DNA from: Spirochaetia bacterium
GTDB taxonomy: Bacteria; Spirochaetota; Spirochaetia; CADAEX01
Direction: 5' to 3'
DNA: 64,000 bases
NCBI GenBank assembly: GCA_963662265.2
Contig: CAXXHA010000014.1
Span: 21,756 to 85,755, forward strand
Below are positions 19,556-29,823 of this stretch, one piece after another; positions within the stretch are counted from its first letter, which is position 1; every line of letters starts with the position of its first letter. The notes below the pieces were generated by a model. It made no database searches. It was not told the origin of the DNA and worked only from the letters and a program-made list of their open reading frames with translations. Both the position numbers and the translations under genes were made by a program.

Positions 19556-21427
19556 ATGAGGCTTGCTATGAAAATACGAACTAAACTGATTTTATCATTT
19601 CTTCTTACAGCTTTTATTCCGCTTTTATTTATAATATTTGTTTCTACAAAAAACTCATATAACGAAGCATATAAGCTATCAGTAGATAATATTAACTCTT
19701 CAATTCTTCTTGCTGAGGATAAGATAAATACATATTTCGAAGCTGCCAGAGAAAATACTCTGATGATAGCAGAGAATATGCTTCTAAGAAACGCAGGAAA
19801 CGATATAACTGTATATAAGAATAACACAGTTAAAACACCCATGACTCCTGATGAAAACGGGGGTACAGAAGCAGAACTTTTCAGTTATTTTAAAAATGTT
19901 GTTGATTCCCATCCCGATTATGATTCGGCCTATATAGGATTATCTTACGGAGGGTTTGTTATGTACCCCCCTTCTGACAGAAAACCAGGTTATAATCCGC
20001 CTGAACGAGGCTGGTATAAAGCTGCTATGAAAAATACTGAAAAAGTAATAATCGCAGATGTATATATGGCTTCAGACGGGAAATCTGTAGTAATCAGCCC
20101 TGTTAAAGCTGTCAAAGACAGCAGCAACAATGTAATAGGAGTTGCCGCGTTTGACATGACGCTTGATACAATAACAGATACTCTTGAAAATATAAAATTC
20201 GGCGAAACAGGGTATGTTATTCTGATTGATGACAACGGCAGTGTGATTTCTGATCCTGAAAATACAAATCTTAATTTCACAACCCTTGATCAGTGTCAGA
20301 ATGGTTATGAAGAGCTTGCCGGTAAAGGGGATGGTGTTTACAGAATTACGATTAACAGCAAAAAATACCTTGTTGTGAAAAAAACAAATCCCCTTGATAA
20401 CAACGCAAATCTGATCGGTTTTATCGAAGAGAAAGAGGTTTTCAGTACTGCAAAAAAACAGACAGCAATTCTTATTGTGATAACTGTTGTCATGATGATA
20501 ATACTGACTGTTACAGGAATTCTGATCTCCGGAAGTATTACAAAGCCGCTTATGATAGGGGTCCAGTTTGCTGACAGGCTTTCAAACGGTGATCTCACTG
20601 AACAGCTTGATATTAAAAGAAGTGATGAGATTGGAATGCTTGTGGGATCTCTTAACAGCATGCTGCTCAAGATAAGAGAGGCAATTGAACAGATTGTGAA
20701 TATCTCAGAAAGCGTATCAAAAGGAAGCAGTGAAATATCTGACAACAGCCAGGTACTGTCATCAGGTGCATCAGAACAAGCTGCAACACTTGAAGAGGTG
20801 ACATCAAGCATGGAAGAACTTGTAAGTGTAATAGAGCAGAACACTGAAAGTTCAATTCACAGCAATGAGATGGCTCTTGAATCTGCCGATAAGGCGGAAA
20901 AAGGGAGTAAACGGGTTTTTGAGACAATTGATGCAATGAAGAATATTTCTGAAAGAATAACTGTAATTGAGGAGATAGCGCGTAATACAAACCTCCTTGC
21001 CCTCAATGCTGCAATTGAGGCTGCAAGGGCTGGTGAAGCAGGCAAAGGATTTACAGTTGTTGCAAGCGAGGTAAGGAAACTTGCGGAAAACAGCCAGAAG
21101 GCTGCCGGTGAAATTGTTACTATTTCAACTGAAAGCCTCAAGACATCTGAAGCTGCGGGGCTGATGATCAATGAGATGCTGCCTGTAATAAAATCAACTT
21201 CAGAGCTTATAGAAAATATATCTTCAGGTTCCAGGGAGCAGTCAAAAGGAGCAGAAGAGGTTAACAGGGCGCTTGAATCGCTTGATTCTGTTGTTCAGCA
21301 GAATGCTTCCGCTGCAGAAGAACTTGCCTCAATGTCTGAAGAACTGAATGCCCAGGCAGGTGTAATGATTGATGCTGTATCATTCTTTAAGATAAATACT
21401 GATAACGAAATATACAGCGCTGAATAA
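19556..21427 (+). CDS. Methyl-accepting chemotaxis protein (dCache sensor, HAMP, signalling domain)
   Basis: Two TM helices, RGWY dCache motif, HAMP (DEIG.L), [38 protein letters not shown]. Confidence 0.95.
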   Translation: MRLAMKIRTKLILSFLLTAFIPLLFIIFVSTKNSYNEAYKLSVDNINSSILLAEDKINTYFEAARENTLMIAENMLLRNAGNDITVYKNNTVKTPMTPDENGGTEAELFSYFKNVVDSHPDYDSAYIGLSYGGFVMYPPSDRKPGYNPPERGWYKAAMKNTEKVIIADVYMASDGKSVVISPVKAVKDSSNNVIGVAAFDMTLDTITDTLENIKFGETGYVILIDDNGSVISDPENTNLNFTTLDQCQNGYEELAGKGDGVYRITINSKKYLVVKKTNPLDNNANLIGFIEEKEVFSTAKKQTAILIVITVVMMIILTVTGILISGSITKPLMIGVQFADRLSNGDLTEQLDIKRSDEIGMLVGSLNSMLLKIREAIEQIVNISESVSKGSSEISDNSQVLSSGASEQAATLEEVTSSMEELVSVIEQNTESSIHSNEMALESADKAEKGSKRVFETIDAMKNISERITVIEEIARNTNLLALNAAIEAARAGEAGKGFTVVASEVRKLAENSQKAAGEIVTISTESLKTSEAAGLMINEMLPVIKSTSELIENISSGSREQSKGAEEVNRALESLDSVVQQNASAAEELASMSEELNAQAGVMIDAVSFFKINTDNEIYSAE

Positions 21428-21447
21428 AAATTATGCTGATATCCGGT

Positions 21448-21480
21448 CTTTCCCTGCAGAGGTTATGCGGCAGGGGAGGA
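21448..21480 (+). terminator. Hairpin/possible terminator after MCP
   Basis: TCTTTCCCTGC...GCAGGGGAGGA stem with G-U pairs; no strong U tract. Confidence 0.4.
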
Positions 21481-21667
21481 TCTGAATGCAAATAACTCAA
21501 CAGCAGCACGTGAAGACAGGTATTTCTGCAGAAAATATTTTTAATTTATTATCCGGTAAATTAATATACGGATAATATAAAGCAAAATAATAACGTGGCA
21601 TCAAAGAAGTGATTGATTTATCCATTAACTCATAGAATAATAAAAAAAAGTTCTGGAGTTAAAAACA

Positions 21668-22780
21668 ATGACAAAAAATGTTTTAATTGGAATAATAATA
21701 CTTTCTGCCGGTTGCAGTATCGGCCGCTATAATGATATCAGCCGCTTCGGAGATGACAGCGGTGATATCGGCAGCGGCGCGTTAACATATTGCGGCCGTT
21801 ATGCTGATCCGAATATAGATGGTCCGTATTATATAGAAATATCACCTGACGGAAAGCATGCTTATGCCGCAGGTTCTGTGGCAGATTCAGTTGCCTGGTT
21901 TTCCAGGAACACTACAACCGGAGCATTAAGTTATGCTGGCAGATACAGCAATATTTTAATAGATAATACCTATTCAGTAGAAATATCACCTGATGGAAAT
22001 CACGCATATGTGGCTGCGTCTACTGCAGACACTGTCGCGTGGTTTACCAGGAATACGGCAACCGGCGAATTAACTTATATAAACAATTATGCGGGCCCGA
22101 ATATTGATGGCATTAGAAACGTCATAATATCACCCGATGGAAAACATGCTTATGCCGCGGCATACAGTGCAAACGCGGTTGCCTGGTTTTCGAGAAATAC
22201 AACGACAGGCGAGTTGACTTATACAGACAGATACAGCAACGCAGTCATTCTGGGAGCGGATAGTGTTGTAATATCACCTGACGGGAAGCATGTATATGTT
22301 TCAGCTTTTGCCAGTGATGCGGTTGCCTGGTTTACAAGAGATGCAACAACCGGCGCTTTAATTTATGGCGGAGTATACAGTGACGCAAATATTACTGCAA
22401 CACAATCAGTAGAAATATCACCTGACGGAAAGCATGTCTATGCGACATCGTCGGGTCAGGATGCGGTTGCCTGGTTTACGAGAGATGCAGCAACCGGCGC
22501 TTTAACTTACGGCGGGCGATATGCTGATATAAATATTGACGGCGCAAGATCTGTAAAAATCGCGCCTGACGGGAATCATGCTTATGTCGCAGCTCAAACT
22601 GCAGATGCGGTTGCCTGGTTTAGAAGAAATACAGAAACAGGTGAGTTGAACTATGGCGGCAGATTCATTAACACTGATATAGACAGTACATTTTCAATTG
22701 ATGTATCTCCTGACGGTAATCATGTGTACGCGGCTGCCGCCATGGCTGATGCGGCTGCATGGTTTGTAAGGGACAAATAA
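21668..22780 (+). CDS. Seven-bladed beta-propeller (lactonase-like repeat) lipoprotein
   Basis: Lipobox SAGC; seven ~47-aa repeats 'ISPDG.HAY......AVAWF.R...TG.L.Y'. Confidence 0.82.
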   Translation: MTKNVLIGIIILSAGCSIGRYNDISRFGDDSGDIGSGALTYCGRYADPNIDGPYYIEISPDGKHAYAAGSVADSVAWFSRNTTTGALSYAGRYSNILIDNTYSVEISPDGNHAYVAASTADTVAWFTRNTATGELTYINNYAGPNIDGIRNVIISPDGKHAYAAAYSANAVAWFSRNTTTGELTYTDRYSNAVILGADSVVISPDGKHVYVSAFASDAVAWFTRDATTGALIYGGVYSDANITATQSVEISPDGKHVYATSSGQDAVAWFTRDAATGALTYGGRYADINIDGARSVKIAPDGNHAYVAAQTADAVAWFRRNTETGELNYGGRFINTDIDSTFSIDVSPDGNHVYAAAAMADAAAWFVRDK

Positions 22781-22782
22781 CA

Positions 22783-22819
22783 GGCTTTCAAACAACCTGC
22801 TTTGCTGGTGGTTGTTGAT
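22783..22819 (+). repeat. 37-bp dispersed hairpin repeat, copy 2
   Basis: GGCTTTCAAACAACCTGCTTTGCTGGTGGTTGTTGAT, one mismatch to 4133-4169; begins 3 nt after the propeller stop codon. Confidence 0.75.
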
Positions 22820-22850
22820 AATATATATCTGGATCTTTGTCAGCTAAAAA

Positions 22851-24605
22851 TCAGTCTATTTCCCCTATAAGCATCTTGAGTTCCCTGATCTGGGTTACAA
22901 TTTTACTCCTGTCATAGTTCTGGAACTTTTTCGGCACCATTTCCCTGCTTGTACATTCAAGAACCGCAACAAGGTTCTGAAGTTCAATTTCATGGGGATA
23001 CGCTGGCGGAACAAAGTCCCTGATAGTCTCTTCAAGATCTTCCTTTGTTATTATCACGTGATTATTCATTGTGGCATTGAATTTTGCCCTTATCAGTATT
23101 GCTTCTATATCAGCTCCTGAAGATTCCATCTTATATTTTCTGAAAAGGTCTGAAATACCAAGGTTCTGCTGAACTTTCAGCTTGAGCTTTTTGATAAGTG
23201 TCAGGAAAAGCTGTTCCCTCTCATCTACAGTATCAGGATAAAAAAGGGCAAGATGTTCTTCAGCTCTTCCCTGCCTCTTGAGGTCAATCGGAAGAAGATC
23301 GGGGCGGCATGTGATGAGAAACCAGAGTATTTTACCCCGGTAATCAGTATTTCCCATGAAAGATGCAAGCTGTGCAAAAATCCTGTTGCTTGTTCCTGAG
23401 TCCCCCTCCTGATTCCTGCTTCCGAGAAATGCATCTGCCTCATCAATAAGAACACCTACAGGCGCCATCGCTTTGAGTATGTTAAGAACTTTTTCGAAAT
23501 TCGCCTCAGACACACCCTGCCATTTTGATCTGAAATTCTTCAGTTTTACAACAGGAATTCCGATTTCGCCTGCAAAAGCGGTTACCATGAAAGATTTCCC
23601 TGTTCCTACAGGGCCTGCAATAAGGTATCCCATCGGGAGAACATCGAGGCGGCCCTGTTTAATGGCCCTTGTCGCGCTTTTAAACCTCTTTTTCACGAAG
23701 TCATGGCCTGAGACCATGGAAAGGTCATGCTCTGTTTCGATAAATTCAAGAAGACCTGCAGCCTCGTTTTCGATTATCTCTTTTTTTCTCTGCTTAAGGT
23801 ATTCAAGCGAAATAGGCCTGTCCTCTTCAAAGGATTCAGCTGCAAGCTGGTTGAGGTTTAAAAGATTGAGCCCGCTTGTTATTCTTGCTACTTTCTCGCA
23901 TGTCAGCCTGTCTTCAAGCATGAGTGCATTCTGGGAATCTATGAAATTAAGAAAACTCGACCTGATTTTTTCATCCGGGATAGGGATATTCACTTTAACT
24001 GTCGAGGGAGACCTTACAAGACGGGGGCTCAGGTCTGAAAGGTTTTCTGTCAGAAGTATTGCTGAAACATCACCTTTAGTGAAAATAGGATCATGGCTCC
24101 ATCTGTTCAAGGTTACAAGGCAGTATCTGTCTTCATCGCTCATCTTTGATATATCACTGTTTGAGACTACTGTTTCCGCATAGTCGATAATTAGAATAAT
24201 CCTGAGTTTCTTTGGAATATTTATGAGGAAATATTTTTCCAGGTACTTGAAAGCCTTTGTGGGATCTGATGAGAGAAGTTCCTCCGATTCTATCCCTGGG
24301 TAATGTGTTTTCATTACCTTGAGGTAGGTCTTCATCATATCCTGTGTGCAGAAATTTATCCCTGATGACCTGTCATAGAATATAATTATGTCTTTATTCC
24401 CGAAAAGAACTTCAGATATGAATTCCTGTATCCTTACAAAGATAAATTCCCCCTCATACATCTTGTTGGGAAGAAAATCCCGTATATTTCCGTTTATAAT
24501 GTAAAGATTTGCTGTTTTCGAACAGTACTTGTATGAAAGTTCCTGTGCCCATGTAGGCAGTACTTTAATAAAAGGCAGATTTTTAACTATTAATTGTTCC
24601 TGCAT
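22851..24605 (-). CDS. AAA+ ATPase with long N-terminal (probably degenerate AAA) region
   Basis: Walker A GPVGTGKS, Walker B VLIDEAD, SRH-like TCRPDLLPIDLKRQGR. Confidence 0.85.
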   Translation of the reverse strand: MQEQLIVKNLPFIKVLPTWAQELSYKYCSKTANLYIINGNIRDFLPNKMYEGEFIFVRIQEFISEVLFGNKDIIIFYDRSSGINFCTQDMMKTYLKVMKTHYPGIESEELLSSDPTKAFKYLEKYFLINIPKKLRIILIIDYAETVVSNSDISKMSDEDRYCLVTLNRWSHDPIFTKGDVSAILLTENLSDLSPRLVRSPSTVKVNIPIPDEKIRSSFLNFIDSQNALMLEDRLTCEKVARITSGLNLLNLNQLAAESFEEDRPISLEYLKQRKKEIIENEAAGLLEFIETEHDLSMVSGHDFVKKRFKSATRAIKQGRLDVLPMGYLIAGPVGTGKSFMVTAFAGEIGIPVVKLKNFRSKWQGVSEANFEKVLNILKAMAPVGVLIDEADAFLGSRNQEGDSGTSNRIFAQLASFMGNTDYRGKILWFLITCRPDLLPIDLKRQGRAEEHLALFYPDTVDEREQLFLTLIKKLKLKVQQNLGISDLFRKYKMESSGADIEAILIRAKFNATMNNHVIITKEDLEETIRDFVPPAYPHEIELQNLVAVLECTSREMVPKKFQNYDRSKIVTQIRELKMLIGEID

Positions 24606-24803
24606 ATCCCCTCTCCGTTTAACAGGTTAATGTGTATGATAATGATAAGTCAATATAAAACAGAAATATACCGGCTTGTTAATGATTTTAAGTAACTGGC
24701 CTGATTTTATAATTAATCTGTTTAATTGATTCTAATATCTATTATTATAACAGTTTATATTAAAAATGTTGCAATATTATCATATTTATGCGATTTTCAG
24801 CTT

Positions 24804-25634
24804 ATGGAAAAAATTAATATTTATACAGACGGCGGATGTTCAGGTAACCCGGGTCCCGGCGGCTGGGCATATGTTATTATTGACAGTTCAGGCCTTATAA
24901 AAGCATCAGGCGGTGATAAAAATACAACAAACAATAAAATGGAGCTTACTGCGGTTATAAAAGCTCTGGAATATATCTCATCTTCAGAAAAATATAAAAA
25001 TATGAAGCCGGTTATTCATACAGATTCGACATATGTGAAAAACGGGATTACTGCATGGATTAAGACATGGGTGATGAACGGCTGGAAAACAGCAGCAAAA
25101 CAGCCTGTTAAAAACAAGGAGCTGTGGCAGGAACTGAAAAATATTGATGACAGTCTTTCCTCTGAATGGAAATGGGTAAAAGGCCATGCAGGAAATGAAT
25201 ACAATGAGATGTGTGATTCCCTTGTCGGCGGGGAAATGGATAAAATTACCGGAAGAAACAGCAGCACAAAGAAATCTGTAAAGAAATCAGATTCTGCTTT
25301 CAGCCTGAATAACAGGAAATTCAGATCTGTGGAAAATACTGATAACGGAGAAGTAACAGGAGATACTGTTTTTAACTATTACCAGGATGGTAAAATGATA
25401 TGGGCTGATTATTCTGGAGGTTCTGTTGTAAAGGGACATTTGATTGGATTGATAGACAAGAATAATAATCTTGATTTCAGGTATCATCATATAAATACTT
25501 CGAATGAGATAATGACAGGAAAGTGCAAATCAAAACCGGAAATACTTGAAAACGGTAAAATACGGTTTCATGAGAAATGGCAGTGGACTTGCAGGGACAG
25601 ATCATCAGGTACTTCCGTAGTTGAAGAAATATAG
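24804..25634 (+). CDS. rnhA: Ribonuclease HI fused to a C-terminal ~110-aa uncharacterised beta-rich domain
   Basis: YTDGGCSGNPGPGGW, TTNNKMEL, TDSTYV, WVKGHAG..NE.CD; frame continues without a stop into NGEV..Y.GG...G..RYHH..HEKWQW. Confidence 0.88.
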   Translation: MEKINIYTDGGCSGNPGPGGWAYVIIDSSGLIKASGGDKNTTNNKMELTAVIKALEYISSSEKYKNMKPVIHTDSTYVKNGITAWIKTWVMNGWKTAAKQPVKNKELWQELKNIDDSLSSEWKWVKGHAGNEYNEMCDSLVGGEMDKITGRNSSTKKSVKKSDSAFSLNNRKFRSVENTDNGEVTGDTVFNYYQDGKMIWADYSGGSVVKGHLIGLIDKNNNLDFRYHHINTSNEIMTGKCKSKPEILENGKIRFHEKWQWTCRDRSSGTSVVEEI

Positions 25635-25745
25635 ACTTCTTTCGCAGTTTAAATAAAGTGTATATTTGTGCAGTTTTTCATTGCAGGTCCCTGTTTTTGG
25701 ATTATTTAACTTGAAACTAAAAAGAAAAAATATCATTATTATATT

Positions 25746-26957
25746 ATGAAATTATATTCAAGAGGGCAGTTGCTTTTCTACTGCCTTGCAAGTTCAGTTA
25801 TAGTTGTATTATTTCTCATCGGGTTCGGTGTTTTCAGGATAAATTCTAAAGTTGATTCTGATGTTTCATCAATTGCATCACAGCAGAAGGAAGAGGAATT
25901 TATTTATCAGACTAATTATTCCGATTCAAATATTGTAAGTGTAAACGATTCTTCACGCTATACAGAAGATGAACTTGAAAATATAAAAGTCTACCAGACT
26001 CTCAATGAGGCTGTAGTAAATATATCAATCGAAGTAGTGACACTTAACTGGTTTCTCGAACCTGTTCCCCGTGAAGGGGGAAGCGGTTCAGGCTCTATAA
26101 TAGACAAAAGAGGATATATTCTTACAAACCGCCATGTTGTTGAGAATGCATACAAGGTATATGTGACGCTGTCTGACGGTTCACAGTTTGAAGGCAAGGT
26201 TGTAGGAATTGATCCTGAAAATGATCTTTCTGTCGTTAAAATAGAACCAGGTGACAGGGAACTTGTTACAATACCGTTCGGCAATTCAGATGATCTTCTG
26301 GTCGGTCAGAAAGTTCTTGCTATCGGAAACCCTTTCGGTTATGAGAGAACTCTTACAACCGGTGTTATATCCGGTCTTGGCCGTCCTGTAAAACCTACAT
26401 CTGCAAGTAAATATATAATCAAGGATATGATACAGACAGATGCTTCAATCAATCCGGGTAATTCCGGCGGCCCTATGATAAGTTCACGGGGCGAGATGAT
26501 TGGTATAAATACAATGATTTACTCTCCAACCGGAGGATCTATCGGTATAGGATTTGCTGTTCCTGTTAATACTGCAAGAAGAGTGGTTCCCGAGCTTATA
26601 AAGTATGGCGAGGTAAACAGGGGCTGGATTGATATCGAGCCGATTCAGCTGTTTCCTGAACTTGTAAGGTATGCATCTCTTCCTGTTTCACAGGGGCTCC
26701 TTGTTTCCAGGGTTGCAGATAACAGCACAGCGGAAAAAGCCGGTATCAGGGGAGGGCGCGAAGCTGTAAGATACGGAAGATCTACTTTTTATATCGGCGG
26801 AGACATCATAATCAGGGCTGATGGTATTGATATCAAGAATTTTACTGATTTTTACAGCGCTCTTGAAGACAACCATCCGGGAGATAGAATAAAAGTTACT
26901 GTTCTCAGGGGCAAGAAGGAAGTTGAACTTACTGTTGAACTTTCCAGGCGGCATTGA
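25746..26957 (+). CDS. htrA: HtrA/DegP-family serine protease with single PDZ
   Basis: LTNRHVV, DLSVVK, IQTDASINPGNSGGP, C-terminal PDZ (GDII). Confidence 0.92.
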   Translation: MKLYSRGQLLFYCLASSVIVVLFLIGFGVFRINSKVDSDVSSIASQQKEEEFIYQTNYSDSNIVSVNDSSRYTEDELENIKVYQTLNEAVVNISIEVVTLNWFLEPVPREGGSGSGSIIDKRGYILTNRHVVENAYKVYVTLSDGSQFEGKVVGIDPENDLSVVKIEPGDRELVTIPFGNSDDLLVGQKVLAIGNPFGYERTLTTGVISGLGRPVKPTSASKYIIKDMIQTDASINPGNSGGPMISSRGEMIGINTMIYSPTGGSIGIGFAVPVNTARRVVPELIKYGEVNRGWIDIEPIQLFPELVRYASLPVSQGLLVSRVADNSTAEKAGIRGGREAVRYGRSTFYIGGDIIIRADGIDIKNFTDFYSALEDNHPGDRIKVTVLRGKKEVELTVELSRRH

Positions 26958-27131
26958 TTGAAGTTATTAGTGCAGAATAAATAATTTCTTTTTGATGGAA
27001 AATTAACAAACAATAAAGCTTTTTAAGCGTTATCAGGTAAGTATTATAATTTACCCTGATATATCCTTTATTTCTGACAGTAAATCGAATTGACTGAAAA
27101 ATAATCTAATAAATTAACAGGGGCATAAAAC

Positions 27132-29120
27132 TTGTCATTATTCAGAGTAAAATCGGAATTTGATCCTGCAGGCGATCAGGTAAAAGCAATAAATGAACTT
27201 TCTGAAGGTCTGAAAAACGGTCTCAGCTGCCAGACACTAAAGGGTGTAACTGGTTCAGGCAAGACCTTTACCATGGCCAAGATAATTGAAAAGACAGGAC
27301 TCCCTACACTTGTACTTTCCCATAACAAGACTCTTGCTGCACAGCTATACAGGGAATTTCAGGAATTCTTTCCCGACAATGCTGTTGAATATTTTGTATC
27401 ATATTATGACTATTACCAGCCGGAGGCTTATGTCCCTTCAAAAGATCTCTATATTGAAAAAGATGCTTCAATCAACGAGGAAATAGAAAGACTCAGGCTC
27501 TCAGCAACATCATCGCTTCTGGAAAGGGATGATGTAATAATTGTATCAACTGTTTCATGTATCTACGGTCTCGGAGACCCGAACTCATATAAGAATATGA
27601 GGGTAAAGCTTTCAGAAGGTATGACTGTTGATACAGGAGCGCTGTCACGGGATCTTATAAAGATGCAGTATGACAGGAATGATATGACACCCGGAAGGGG
27701 GAGTTTCAGGCTCAGGGGAGAGGTAATTGAAATCTACCCTGCATATACAAAGGGGGCTATAAGGGTTGAGCTTGACTGGGATGTGATCAAATCAATTGTA
27801 AAGTATGATCCTGTTTCCGGACAGCTCCTTGACAGCTATGAATTCATAACTCTCTATCCTGCAAAGCATTTTGTTGTTCCCGAGGATCAGCTCAGGAAGG
27901 CACTTTTCGGTATCAGGGAGGAACTTGAATACCAGTATGAGAGGCTTACAAATGAAAACAAGCTTGTTGAGGCCCAGAGGCTTAAATCAAGAACAATGTA
28001 TGATATTGAAATGCTTGAGGAGATGGGATACTGCAACGGAATTGAAAATTATTCAAGGCACATAACTTTCCGCAGTGAGGGGGAAAGACCTGCAGTTCTT
28101 CTTGATTATTTCCCTGACAAATTTCTTACCTTTGTTGATGAATCACATGTAACACTGTCCCAGGTCAGGGCGATGTATGAGGGTGACAGGTCAAGAAAGA
28201 CTAATCTTGTTAATCACGGTTTCCGTCTACCCTCGGCTCTTGACAACAGGCCTCTTGTCTATACCGAATTCAACAATATTATTGACAGTATTATTTTTGT
28301 TTCTGCAACTCCCGGCAAAGAGGAGAATGAAAGATCTGAAAATACTGTAGAGCAGGTAATCAGGCCGACAGGACTTCTGGATCCCGAAGTGGAGATAAGA
28401 AAAACCGAAGGGCAGGTTGAAGATCTTTTTACAGAGATAAACAAACGAATTGAAAATGATGAAAGAACACTTATAACCACCCTCACAAAGAGGATGGCCG
28501 AAGATCTTACAGCTTATCTGAAAGGGGCAGGTCTCAAGGTACAGTACCTCCATTCAGAAGTTGAGACAATTGAAAGGGTTGAAATACTAAGAGACCTGCG
28601 GACCGGTGTTTTCGATGTTGTTGTCGGTATTAACCTATTAAGGGAGGGGCTTGACCTTCCTGAGGTTTCATTTATTGCGATAATGGATGCAGATAAAATA
28701 GGATTCCTGAGATCTGCGACTTCCCTTATACAGACAATAGGAAGGGCTGCACGTAATGTGAACGGTAAGGTTATTATGTATGCCGATAAAATTACAGATG
28801 CCATGAAAGAGGCGATAACTGAAACTGAGCGGAGAAGAAAAATACAGAATGAATACAATGAGCAGCACGGGATTACTCCGGTTACAATAAGGAAATCGGT
28901 TAAAGATATTCTCGAGAGAAAAATTGAAGAAAAGAAAAAGAATGAAGAGTTCAACGTTGAGCTTGTGAAAGGTAAATACAACATATTAAATAAATCCGAC
29001 AAGAGTAAACTTGTAAAAGAACTGGAAGCTATGATGCTTGAGCATGCAAAAAACCTTGAATTCGAAGAAGCTGCTTTTGTGAGGGATGAGATAAATAAAA
29101 TTAAAGGCGTTGACAGCTAG
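27132..29120 (+). CDS. uvrB: Excinuclease ABC subunit B
   Basis: GVTGSGKT, HNKTLAAQL, YYDYYQPEAY, DESH, GINLLREGLD, C-terminal UVR coil; TTG start. Confidence 0.98.
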   Translation: MSLFRVKSEFDPAGDQVKAINELSEGLKNGLSCQTLKGVTGSGKTFTMAKIIEKTGLPTLVLSHNKTLAAQLYREFQEFFPDNAVEYFVSYYDYYQPEAYVPSKDLYIEKDASINEEIERLRLSATSSLLERDDVIIVSTVSCIYGLGDPNSYKNMRVKLSEGMTVDTGALSRDLIKMQYDRNDMTPGRGSFRLRGEVIEIYPAYTKGAIRVELDWDVIKSIVKYDPVSGQLLDSYEFITLYPAKHFVVPEDQLRKALFGIREELEYQYERLTNENKLVEAQRLKSRTMYDIEMLEEMGYCNGIENYSRHITFRSEGERPAVLLDYFPDKFLTFVDESHVTLSQVRAMYEGDRSRKTNLVNHGFRLPSALDNRPLVYTEFNNIIDSIIFVSATPGKEENERSENTVEQVIRPTGLLDPEVEIRKTEGQVEDLFTEINKRIENDERTLITTLTKRMAEDLTAYLKGAGLKVQYLHSEVETIERVEILRDLRTGVFDVVVGINLLREGLDLPEVSFIAIMDADKIGFLRSATSLIQTIGRAARNVNGKVIMYADKITDAMKEAITETERRRKIQNEYNEQHGITPVTIRKSVKDILERKIEEKKKNEEFNVELVKGKYNILNKSDKSKLVKELEAMMLEHAKNLEFEEAAFVRDEINKIKGVDS

Positions 29121-29231
29121 ATCCCACTAACGTGATATTGTGCTGGTTCATGAGGCAGTCCTGAAAAATGAATAAATTCTGCAAAAAACACCTGCTTGAA
29201 AAATTCCTCAAATCAGCATAATATAATGAAC

Positions 29232-29618
29232 ATGAAAAAAACTCTTATAATATCTTTGATTTTTTTTACAGCTTTATGCTTTTCTTCATGTAGAAAAGAT
29301 ATTGAAATTAAAAATGTAAAACTACCTGTCACAAGAGCAATTACAAAAAAAACAAATTTCGCTGTTATTACATCTTCACACCTGAGGCTGAGAACAGAAC
29401 CTACAATTAGTTCCAGGGCAGTAACAATTCTCTGGAAGGGTTATATTATGGAGATCCTGAGAAAATCAGATTCCAGGGACTTTGTCGAGGGGAAAGAGGA
29501 TTACTGGTACCTGATTAACTATGACGGGCTCAAGGGCTGGGTCTTCGGATCATATATCGATATATTTTCTTCCCGGGAAAAAGCTGTTACTGCAAGCAGC
29601 GAGGCGAACAGCAAGTAA
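29232..29618 (+). CDS. SH3b-domain lipoprotein
   Basis: Lipobox FSSC; LRLRTEP...YWYLINYDGLKGWVFGSYI. Confidence 0.75.
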   Translation: MKKTLIISLIFFTALCFSSCRKDIEIKNVKLPVTRAITKKTNFAVITSSHLRLRTEPTISSRAVTILWKGYIMEILRKSDSRDFVEGKEDYWYLINYDGLKGWVFGSYIDIFSSREKAVTASSEANSK

Positions 29619-29732
29619 TTTATAATTATCCGGATATTTCATATAGAAAAAAATACTGAAAGTAAATGCTTTTGTTTCTTCCTGAGGAGTATAAATAAAA
29701 GCATTTAAGAATCTGAAAGCTTTTTATAGTTT

Positions 29733-29779
29733 ATCAGGATTGAACATTTTGTGTTTTAAAAAATCCTTTCAATCCTGAT
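29733..29779. terminator. Inverted repeat between convergent genes
   Basis: ATCAGGATTGAA...TTCAATCCTGAT 12-bp perfect IR; second IR TAAATGCTTTT/AAAAGCATTTA at 29663-29707. Confidence 0.45.
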
Positions 29780-29823
29780 TGGAAGTCCAGTTAACTCAGA
29801 AGTAATTATTTATTGCCTTATGA

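Noticed and set aside
23473-24183. 236-aa plus-strand ORF and many similar antisense ORFs (e.g. 5736-6332, 33911-34462)
   Set aside because: These are shadow ORFs opposite well-supported genes, with no independent motifs
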